Source: Escherichia coli
Lineage (GTDB): Bacteria > Pseudomonadota > Gammaproteobacteria > Enterobacterales > Enterobacteriaceae
Length of the DNA stretch: 24,000 nucleotides
Direction: 5' to 3' (one strand)
Assembly (NCBI RefSeq): GCF_033970745.1
Contig: NZ_CP111095.1
Below, piece by piece: positions 8,690 to 16,716 of this stretch; positions within the stretch are counted from its first letter, which is position 1, and each line of letters opens with the position of its first letter. A program made the position numbers and the translations under genes. The notes beneath the pieces are model-generated. The model was not told where the DNA came from, made no database searches, and was given only the letters and a program-made list of their open reading frames with translations.

Positions 8690-8990
8690 ATTACAGTTGT
8701 ATTAGGATTAAGTTTCCGCACGTAAGTTGTTGGGAGGTGCCGGAGTTAATATGCTGCAAGGTTCGGGGGCTTTGTCATCAGTGTAGGGGCGCGAATTTCT
8801 GTCGTGGTGCCTCAGTGGATCGGATACAGGTAACGATGTCAACGCCATGATGTTTGACTGTCTTATATCATTGGCGCTGACAGAGGTCACCGGAACATTA
8901 CGTAACTCCCACTAGACAGTGGTAAACAACGGCACCAATAAGCTGGTTGCGACCTTACTCATTGATGCTCACTACCAAGAGGGGCATAAT

Positions 8991-11231
8991 CTAAAACCTA
9001 TTTCGTTTAATCGACGTCTCAACCTGCTTAGCCATTTCAGCCAGTGGGCCTGCTTTCCTGATGTTTTCAATGCGTTCTCTGATCTGGTCTGGTTCCCCGA
9101 AAAAGTCAGCTAGGTCACTCAGTTTCAGGGCGGTGAAACGTCCTTCTGCAGAGCTGATTCCGTGATAACACAATTGTAACAGTAGTTTCAAAAAGGCTTC
9201 ATCATCCCGGATTTGTTCCTGAACCCAGGTCCTAACTGCTTCAACGCCACTGATATCACGCCATGCCCAGATATAACCGTTTAACTGAGGGAAACTGGCT
9301 AGTTGGTCGGTGATCACTTTCCCATTCAGACGATGTGCCAGAGTTTCACATAAGGAGTCGAGTTGAAAAGATGGTATCCACTTTTGCTGCTCATGTACTG
9401 CTCTGTCTCCAACTCTTCCGTGCTGCCACAGCAGATGACGCATATATTCTGCTATCCAGTACCAGGCCTGACCGTTTTTAAACTGCGTGGACAGGAAGTC
9501 GAAAGATTCTTGATCGCTTTCCTTTTGTATCTTATTGATGAGGCGGTCCGTCACGCTCCAGGTGTCTAGGTCATGTATAGAAAACCAGTCATTCTCGTCT
9601 TGGTAGCGTTGCAACATTTTATCTCCGGAATCAAAGAAGAACTGCGCCAGTCCACGGCATTGCTCTGGTGTCCTTGTTGCAATCTGTTGTGTGGTGAGCT
9701 GGGTCAGAATGTGTTCAAACCAGGTTCGGGAGGACAAACCCTTACTCTGGATATACCCGAGTAGACGTTCTGCAAGCTTATGTTGTTGTTCAGGATATCC
9801 GGCGATGTCGAATATCTCATTGAGCATTTCAGGTGAAAGTACATTCTGTGGGGCGGAAAAAGCGAAATAATAGCGCCAGTATGCTTGGCTGCCCAGACGT
9901 TTGCCAGCAGTCAGCAGGGCACTATCCTGTTCGGGAGTCGGTACAAAGAGTTTGATGGGCGAGTCAGTTTTCCAGCCGGTGATACCCGGGACCCAGCGAG
10001 CAAGGGCATGCACCGCATGGGCTTCGGCAGGGAAATAACGGGCAAGGTGCGACTTTAGGCTCTCCGCCATCTCTGCCTGCTCTAACTCACTTACATGCCC
10101 GTCACCGGCGGCTACGACCGCTCGTTCTGACAGATATTCTTCTACCCAGTCATAAAGACCCGCATTTGTTGTGCGCAGCAGTTGAAGGAAGCACAGATCC
10201 GGGAAATACACGTAATCCCGCATGCCCGGGTATAGGAAGGTCAGGGCATTCAGTACCATCTGAACCTCCCTGGGGGTTTTTAATGCTGCCCCGTAGACGT
10301 CAGCCACTTGTGTCAATTGCTCTAGTACAATACGGTCTGGAGCATGCCCGTTTACTTTTCTGTATAACGCGGCAGCGGCATCCCTAAATTTTCTGCGCAA
10401 GACAAAGGTTTCTGGGCGCGGTAAACAGAATGATATCTGAACAATTTTCTGCAGGTATAGGTTGCCGTCGGGTACCCCCAGCCCTAGGCTGATGGCCTGG
10501 GATAGGATGGCTTTGTCATAACAGAGAAGGTAGCGAAAGCGAGGAAAGTCACCTACAGATTTAACTAGCCTTATCACCTCAACTGCCTGTGCTGGCTCGA
10601 GACGATCCAGATCATCGAGCAGTACAATAAAGCTAAGATCCAGTTCATCTATTTTCTTCGCAATTTCGGTCCGCATCTCTGCTGTGGTTTTCTCCTTTTC
10701 CTTCAGCCAACGAGTTTCTGACAGGGCTTTCAACGCGCCACTGGCATCAGGTACGCCGGGAATAACGGCGGCGGCTGAGGCGACGGGTGCGAGATTGCGG
10801 GCAGTTGCCCGGGTGTAGTCTATCATCGTCTTGGCCGTCCGTGTCAGGGATTTTCGTCGTCTGAGAGCTGTCCTTTCCTCAGGCGCTAGTCGCTGTTCCT
10901 CTTCAGCAGCAATGATGTTGGCGACAGGAAGCAGTAACGATGCCACCAGACTTGTGTTGCTCCCGTCGAGCCAGGGGGATATTGTCAATACAAAAGTGCG
11001 TTCTTCTATTTGTTCGACGAGAGCATTGCGCAGCAGGTTAAGGAGACTCGTTTTCCCTGATCCCCATGGGCCTTCGATACCGATCACTGCGCTACCCTCG
11101 CGGCCAATACCCTTAACGGCAACAGCTAACTGGGTAGCTATGTGGATGAAACCATACTGGTCTTCATCGGCGGAACAGATTGCGCGATCTGGATGTTGGC
11201 CCTGAAGGTTGTCTGCGTGTGGTTGATTCAT
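8991..11231 (-). CDS. KAP-family P-loop NTPase (746 aa from ATG 11231; ORF-track start at 11411 likely too far upstream)
   Basis: Walker A GIEGPWGSGKTSLLNLL, Walker B FIVLLDDLDRLEPAQAVEVIRLVK, and downstream FRYLLCYDKAILSQAI. A hydrophobic segment (NLAPVASAAAVIPGV) lies between Walker A and B, as in KAP proteins. Confidence 0.85.
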   Translation of the reverse strand: MNQPHADNLQGQHPDRAICSADEDQYGFIHIATQLAVAVKGIGREGSAVIGIEGPWGSGKTSLLNLLRNALVEQIEERTFVLTISPWLDGSNTSLVASLLLPVANIIAAEEEQRLAPEERTALRRRKSLTRTAKTMIDYTRATARNLAPVASAAAVIPGVPDASGALKALSETRWLKEKEKTTAEMRTEIAKKIDELDLSFIVLLDDLDRLEPAQAVEVIRLVKSVGDFPRFRYLLCYDKAILSQAISLGLGVPDGNLYLQKIVQISFCLPRPETFVLRRKFRDAAAALYRKVNGHAPDRIVLEQLTQVADVYGAALKTPREVQMVLNALTFLYPGMRDYVYFPDLCFLQLLRTTNAGLYDWVEEYLSERAVVAAGDGHVSELEQAEMAESLKSHLARYFPAEAHAVHALARWVPGITGWKTDSPIKLFVPTPEQDSALLTAGKRLGSQAYWRYYFAFSAPQNVLSPEMLNEIFDIAGYPEQQHKLAERLLGYIQSKGLSSRTWFEHILTQLTTQQIATRTPEQCRGLAQFFFDSGDKMLQRYQDENDWFSIHDLDTWSVTDRLINKIQKESDQESFDFLSTQFKNGQAWYWIAEYMRHLLWQHGRVGDRAVHEQQKWIPSFQLDSLCETLAHRLNGKVITDQLASFPQLNGYIWAWRDISGVEAVRTWVQEQIRDDEAFLKLLLQLCYHGISSAEGRFTALKLSDLADFFGEPDQIRERIENIRKAGPLAEMAKQVETSIKRNRF

Positions 11232-11603
11232 ATTCACAAATCTCCGTAAATGCAGCCGATGCTGCGCAGTGTCTGTGACGTGGTACTGTTTCCACGCAAG
11301 GTCAGCAAAAGACTGACCTGCGGTTAGTTTGCGTTTAGGTAAGTGCTTTTGCGGATGGCTCAGTAACGTATCACAATAAATAATGCCATAGTGTATGAGG
11401 GGAAAGTACATACATCTTGTTCCCTCTTCGAAAGTGATGGCCCGGGATAAAGAGGTTACAACGATAAGGGTCTCCCGCCGAAATGATGAATGCTTATGGC
11501 TGGGGAAAGCTAAGAGTATGCTGGACGCTTAGAAAACTGCTAAAACTGTGAACCTTGATAAGTTTGTCCCCGCGCCAGATTACTTCCTTTCGAGGTTGCA
11601 GTA

Positions 11604-12383
11604 TTATCGGTGAAATTGTGGTACCCGAGAGTAGCTCATTCGTTCAAGCGCATCGCCAATATTTTTTAGCAGGTGCCATCGATCGACCACCTGTCTGGCC
11701 TGAGGTGCACCTTCACGTGCTGCTGTCGCATAGACTCCATTGCGATCACGCGAGACAACCTGTATTTCCGGATATTTTCTGAACCAGGTCGCCAGCGTAC
11801 GCTGATCGCGGTCGGGAAACAGGACGAGGGGACGGTGAGTATCAAGATTGACTATTAACGTACCGTAACGGTGGCCCCGATGCCACGCCCACTCATCAAT
11901 ACCGACATGGGATGAGCCTGACAGTTTCGTCTCTGGGGTATTGATAACCCTGCGAAGAAGAGTATCTGCACTACAACGGAGACCCACTGCCGTTACCACC
12001 CGTTTCCCGGCCTCACTTCCGGCTATTAATCCCAGTTAACGTTGTAAATTTTGTAACGCCTGTGAAGACTGCTGGTGTGAACCGGCGAAGGGGGCAAGCG
12101 ACCCGGCAAAAATTTTTCGTGAACAAGCAGGGTTACGGCAGTACCTGTGGCGGACGGAAAATACAAGCCATAGTGTCTGCCCTGAGCAGGGTAAATGCTG
12201 TATCCGGCGCTGACGACAACTATGAACAGAGTCGCTGCATTTAAGGCATTCAGGGCATTGTGCTGTTTTGCGTTTTCCGCGGAGATGGAGGGTTATACCG
12301 TCAGAGCTAATAATTTGTCGGCTGCATCGCCATCCGCAAGGTAACTGTAGAAGTGTCTTAAGAGAGTGCATTACGTTGCCCAT
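11604..12383 (-). pseudogene. decayed ISL3-family transposase (N-terminal Zn-finger region plus part of the DDE domain; in-frame TAA, C-terminus missing)
   Basis: The two track ORFs (12036-12383 and 11604-11999) are in the same frame, separated by a TAA at 12036-12038 (...QALQNLQR*LGLIAGSEAGKRVVTAVGLRCS...). Motifs: CPECLKCSDSVHSC, HVGIDEWAWHRGHRYGTLIVNLDTHRPLVLFPDR, ARQVVDRWHLLKNIGDAL. Confidence 0.8.
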
Positions 12384-12404
12384 AACTTAAAACAGCTTAG
12401 ATCC

Positions 12405-12680
12405 TTGTTCACCAGAAAGTTTCATCCATTTTCTTCCACCCAGGTTGCGGAAGAGCCACTTTTCATCCGTCGTTGACAGAATGGCCCTCCAACCGTGTTT
12501 GACGAACTCTTGCCATGGAACGTAGTACTCACCAATAAATAAGCGTCAATACGGTGCCCCGTTGACGCTTACCAATATTGCTGAAGAAATAATCGATAAA
12601 CGATTTGTTGGTACGGAATGTAATGTGGTTTTCACGGGAAACCTCAGAGAGGAGCAGGAAGAGGCCGCTTCGGTATTACC
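12405..12680 (-). pseudogene. decayed coding fragment of unknown family (frame-disrupted)
   Basis: Manual minus-strand translation gives protein-like stretches in two frames: ...SRENHITFRTNKSFIDYFFSNIGKRQRG... then ...FIGEYYVPWQEFVKHGWRAILSTTDEKWLFRNLGGRKWMKLSGEQGSKLF*. Confidence 0.4.
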
Positions 12681-12817
12681 CTGCTATGATACTGGTGTGC
12701 TTTGTGCGCGTTACGGCTTCTGGTAAGTTACCGCAGCGGCAGTGATCGCCAGACGCACTTATACGGGTACACCGGACTGAGTTGTTGAAAGCCTGAATAA
12801 TCCTCCAGGCTTTACAT

Positions 12818-13558
12818 TTACACAACTGGTTGGAATTCTTCCTGGAGAATCATCTGATCAATGAAAGTTTTCGACACTTTCCCGGTTGCTTTACAAAGAA
12901 GCCTGTAATTATGAGGGGCATCGGCACTGATACGTTCGACACTTAAACTAATAGAATCATCGTTATCAAGAAGCATTCTCTTGATATCACTGGCAAAATA
13001 ACGAGGACAGTACCCTACAATTTCTGGTGGGCTATCTGTTCGAATGAGCACAGCAGCTTTATCATAGTCATTCTGCACATCCGGGCACAGGAACAGTTTA
13101 TCTCCCGGATTCAGGTGAGATACGCGTTCATTAGCGGAATGGGGCATATAGCTTAATCCGTGCGCAAAAAAGAAATGTTCAAAATATCCGTCACTATCAA
13201 TTTCGATGCGCTTAAACATTTGCAATTGGTCAGTGCTACGCATACCGCCAGAGCGAGCAAGGATCTCAATTGGTTCCGCCTCTGTTCCATCCAATCCTAG
13301 CCAATGAATGAATTTTGGATACTCAGGTCGTTTTGGCGACAGAAGCCTGTTTTTGAATAATGGGAATAATTCCTCAGAAACATAAGTTTCGTTAAAATCA
13401 TTCATACCACTAAACTTGATGAATTTTGGAGAAGTTAAAGCACCTTTAGTATAGTTGAAGACATATTCAGCATTACGTGCCTGTAAATTCCCCACGACAT
13501 GCCAGTCATGGGTATCTGGAGCCTGCCATGCAACATATACGGAGTCATTACGATTCAT
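12818..13558 (-). CDS. HIRAN-domain protein with a HipA N-terminal-subdomain (HipS)-like N-terminus (246 aa from ATG 13558)
   Basis: C-terminal half ...ANERVSHLNPGDKLFLCPDVQNDYDKAAVLIRTDSPPEIVGYCPRYFASDIKRML fits the HIRAN consensus (PGD-L-L--D--N-YD--AV-V------GY-PR--A). N-terminal half VYVAWQAPDTHDWHVVGNLQARNAEYVFNYTKGAL...FSGMNDFNETYVSEELFPLFKNRLLS resembles the HipA N-terminal subdomain. Overlaps the upstream kinase gene by 11 nt. Confidence 0.8.
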   Translation of the reverse strand: MNRNDSVYVAWQAPDTHDWHVVGNLQARNAEYVFNYTKGALTSPKFIKFSGMNDFNETYVSEELFPLFKNRLLSPKRPEYPKFIHWLGLDGTEAEPIEILARSGGMRSTDQLQMFKRIEIDSDGYFEHFFFAHGLSYMPHSANERVSHLNPGDKLFLCPDVQNDYDKAAVLIRTDSPPEIVGYCPRYFASDIKRMLLDNDDSISLSVERISADAPHNYRLLCKATGKVSKTFIDQMILQEEFQPVV

Positions 13559-14477
13559 CTTCAAGCAACCTTCTTCTGTTTTCTAAAACCATTTCAATCG
13601 CAAAAGTTCGAGACACTTCACTAATGCAATCCGCTGGTACGTTATTGAATACGCCAACAATATCCTCGTGAGTTAACGTGTTTAATCGACCGAACCAATG
13701 CTCTTTTGCTCTTGGTCTGTTTTCTATAGCATGTCTGAACGCTTCAACTGTTAACAGAGGTTTCTTGTCTGTTTTAAGTTTAAAGAGCTCTGAACGTGCT
13801 CTTTTCACAAAAGCAGGGATTTGCCGATTACGATATTTAGTTGTAAGACGTTCAGCCTTTTCAACATCTCGCATTTCACGGCCAAGGCTGGCAGCATGAT
13901 CATATGTTGGGCACAACATTCTTTCACCAGTTTCATTGTTTAGCATAATTGCCCAATTTTCATGATGACGATCTTGATTGCTGATTAATGCATCAAGCAG
14001 CAAGTAACCGCAAAAAACATCTCCTGCGTTTAAATCTTTTAAATCATAGCCACTTACAGGTGGATGGATTTTCTCGTGATCATTATCAAGACATCCTAAT
14101 ACACGAGTAACAGTATGTTCCTTAACCCTCACGGCACTTTGACCAGGCGGTAATGGCTGGGGATAACCCATTGTGGTAGTGTGAAGAACCTCGTTTCCCA
14201 TAACCATGCGGTATCCGGGAGGGATCATATTAGGTGAAATCACACCGTAACGCCCATCAATTAGAGCTAATTCGTATTCTGCATGAGGGATTCCCAGTAG
14301 ATGGCAAAGCTCAGCCGCACATTTTTCAGACCAATGTTCGCCTGTCCCAGCCCTTGAGAACTTGAAAAGCCACAATTTAGGTTCCGTATCCATAGAAAAC
14401 CAGAATTTTTCTTTCGTCCCGAGTTGCTCAAGATCACTGGCTACAGGAGCTAGACGTTCTAACCGATATTGAGCCAT
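13548..14477 (-). CDS. HipA-like kinase core (309 aa from ATG 14477), HipA N-terminal subdomain absent
   Basis: LWLFKF (candidate ATP lysine), HWSEKCAAELCHLLGIPHAEYELA, GYLLLDALISNQDRHHENWAIM (HipA-type catalytic loop), CPTYDHAASLG (metal-binding Asp). SD aaggaagatt upstream of ATG 14477. Confidence 0.85.
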   Translation of the reverse strand: MAQYRLERLAPVASDLEQLGTKEKFWFSMDTEPKLWLFKFSRAGTGEHWSEKCAAELCHLLGIPHAEYELALIDGRYGVISPNMIPPGYRMVMGNEVLHTTTMGYPQPLPPGQSAVRVKEHTVTRVLGCLDNDHEKIHPPVSGYDLKDLNAGDVFCGYLLLDALISNQDRHHENWAIMLNNETGERMLCPTYDHAASLGREMRDVEKAERLTTKYRNRQIPAFVKRARSELFKLKTDKKPLLTVEAFRHAIENRPRAKEHWFGRLNTLTHEDIVGVFNNVPADCISEVSRTFAIEMVLENRRRLLEDES

Positions 14478-14937
14478 TAATCTTCCTTGTATGAGATACA
14501 AAAATTTGAATCATTCTACTCTGGGTTACGCCATAACGTGTTATAAATAATATCACCATACTGTGATTATATCCAGTTAATCACTATCTGTTATTATGGT
14601 AAGTATTAACAATTTCATATAACTTTTGTCAGCGTTGTCAGAGGCAGGCTTACTGGACAAGAGGATAACCGAAGCTGGCTGGCAGAGGCAGTTACCCGCA
14701 AATTGTGGGACAGCTTTTATATAAACTATATAAACATCTCTTGGGCTGCGCTGAACACGGCATACAAGGACCTCTGTTTTTCCTTCCCCCTCCATAAACC
14801 ACAACTCCGATCACATTTCTGACATTTTCCCGGATTTTACACTACAGGATTGTTTCAGTATGTTTTTTATCTGGTGTAAATTTCAGCACTGACATTCCGC
14901 TTACGTTAATTTACACTGAATACCTCACGAGGAGAAC

Positions 14938-16704
14938 ATGCAGTACCGGCAGGAAAACATTCTGACGAAAGCCTCTCGTTTACCCCATACTCTGTCCATT
15001 TCCTGTTATTTTGTATTCCGGTGCGTATCTCCGTTGGTATGTTATCTCTCCGTTTTTTCTGTTTTTTTCATCCCCGCATTTTCGTCTCCGGCAGCCATGC
15101 TGTCTCCGGGTGACCGCAGTGCAATTCAGCAGCAACAGCAGCAGTTGCTGGATGAAAACCAGCGTCAGCGTGATGCGCTGGAGCGCAGTGCGCCGCTGAC
15201 CATCACGCCGTCTCCGGAAACGTCTGCCGGTACTGAAGGCCCCTGCTTTACGGTGTCACGCATTGTTGTCAGTGGGGCCACCCGACTGACGTCTGCAGAA
15301 ACCGACAGACTGGTGGCACCGTGGGTGAATCAGTGTCTGAATATCACCGGCCTGACTGCGGTCACGGATGCCGTGACAGACGGCTATATACGCCGGGGAT
15401 ATATCACCAGCCGGGCCTTTCTGACAGAGCAGGACCTTTCAGGGGGCATACTGCACATAACGGTCATGGAAGGCAGGCTGCAGCAAATCCGGGCGGAAGG
15501 CGCTGACCTTCCTGCCCGCACCCTGAAGATGGTTTTCCCGGGAATGGAGGGGAAGGTTCTGAACCTGCGGGATATTGAGCAGGGGATGGAGCAGATTAAT
15601 CGTCTGCGTACGGAGCCGGTACAGATTGAAATATCGCCCGGTGACCGTGAGGGATGGTCGGTGGTGACACTGACGGCATTGCCGGAATGGCCCGTCACAG
15701 GGAGCGTGGGTATCGACAACAGCGGGCAGAAGAATACCGGTACGGGGCAGTTAAATGGTGTCCTTTCCTTTAATAATCCGCTGGGGCTGGCTGACAACTG
15801 GTTTGTCAGCGGGGGACGGAGCAGTGACTTTTCGGTGTCACATGATGCGAGGAATTTTGCCGCCGGTGTCAGTCTGCCGTATGGCTATACCCTGGTGGAT
15901 TACACGTATTCATGGAGTGACTACCTCAGCACCATAGATAACCGGGGCTGGCGGTGGCGTTCCACGGGAGACCTGCAGACTCACCGGCTGGGACTGTCGC
16001 ATGTCCTGTTCCGTAACGGGGACATGAAGACAGCACTGACCGGAGGTCTGCAGCACCGCATTATTCACAATTATCTGGATGATGTTCTGCTTCAGGGTAG
16101 CAGCCGTAAACTCACTTCATTTTCTGTCGGGCTGAATCACACACACAAGTTTCTGGGGGGTGTCGGAACACTGAATCCGGTATTCACACGGGGGATGCCC
16201 TGGTTCGGCGCAGAAAGCGACCACGGGAAAAGGGGAGACCTGCCCGTAAATCAGTTCCGGAAATGGTCGGTGAGTGCCAGTTTTCAGCGCCCCGTCACGG
16301 ACAGGGTGTGGTGGCTGACCAGCGCTTATGCCCAGTGGTCACCGGACCGTCTTCATGGTGTGGAACAACTGAGCCTCGGGGGTGAGAGTTCAGTGCGTGG
16401 CTTTAAGGAGCAGTATATCTCCGGTAATAACGGCGGTTATCTGCGAAATGAGCTGTCCTGGTCTCTGTTCTCCCTGCCATATGTGGGGACAGTCCGTGCA
16501 GTGACTGCACTGGACGGCGGCTGGCTGCACTCTGACAGCGATGACCCGTACTCGTCCGGCACGCTGTGGGGTGCTGCTGCCGGGCTCAGCACCACCAGTG
16601 GCCATGTTTCCGGTTCGTTCACTGCCGGACTGCCTCTTGTTTACCCGGACTGGCTTGCCCCTGACCATCTCACGGTTTACTGGCGCGTTGCCGTCGCGTT
16701 TTAA
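14938..16704 (+). CDS. cdiB: CdiB, two-partner-secretion outer-membrane transporter (ShlB/FhaC family)
   Basis: 588 aa with ShlB-type POTRA text (CFTVSRIVVSGATRLTSAETDRLVAPWVNQCLNITGLTAVTDAVTDGYIRRGYITSRAFLTEQDLSGGILHITVMEGRL) and a C-terminal barrel ending in VAVAF. Directly upstream of cdiA. Confidence 0.93.
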   Translation: MQYRQENILTKASRLPHTLSISCYFVFRCVSPLVCYLSVFSVFFIPAFSSPAAMLSPGDRSAIQQQQQQLLDENQRQRDALERSAPLTITPSPETSAGTEGPCFTVSRIVVSGATRLTSAETDRLVAPWVNQCLNITGLTAVTDAVTDGYIRRGYITSRAFLTEQDLSGGILHITVMEGRLQQIRAEGADLPARTLKMVFPGMEGKVLNLRDIEQGMEQINRLRTEPVQIEISPGDREGWSVVTLTALPEWPVTGSVGIDNSGQKNTGTGQLNGVLSFNNPLGLADNWFVSGGRSSDFSVSHDARNFAAGVSLPYGYTLVDYTYSWSDYLSTIDNRGWRWRSTGDLQTHRLGLSHVLFRNGDMKTALTGGLQHRIIHNYLDDVLLQGSSRKLTSFSVGLNHTHKFLGGVGTLNPVFTRGMPWFGAESDHGKRGDLPVNQFRKWSVSASFQRPVTDRVWWLTSAYAQWSPDRLHGVEQLSLGGESSVRGFKEQYISGNNGGYLRNELSWSLFSLPYVGTVRAVTALDGGWLHSDSDDPYSSGTLWGAAAGLSTTSGHVSGSFTAGLPLVYPDWLAPDHLTVYWRVAVAF

Positions 16705-16716
16705 GGGATTATTACC

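Noticed and set aside
8708-9113. Small + ORFs after the yfjJ-like gene
   Set aside because: Short, partly antisense to the KAP 3' end, with no recognisable content.
10831-11205. 124-aa + ORF opposite the KAP NTPase
   Set aside because: Antisense to the Walker A region of a convincing gene.
14577-14804. 75-aa minus ORF between the kinase and cdiB
   Set aside because: No SD or family signal; located in the divergent promoter region.
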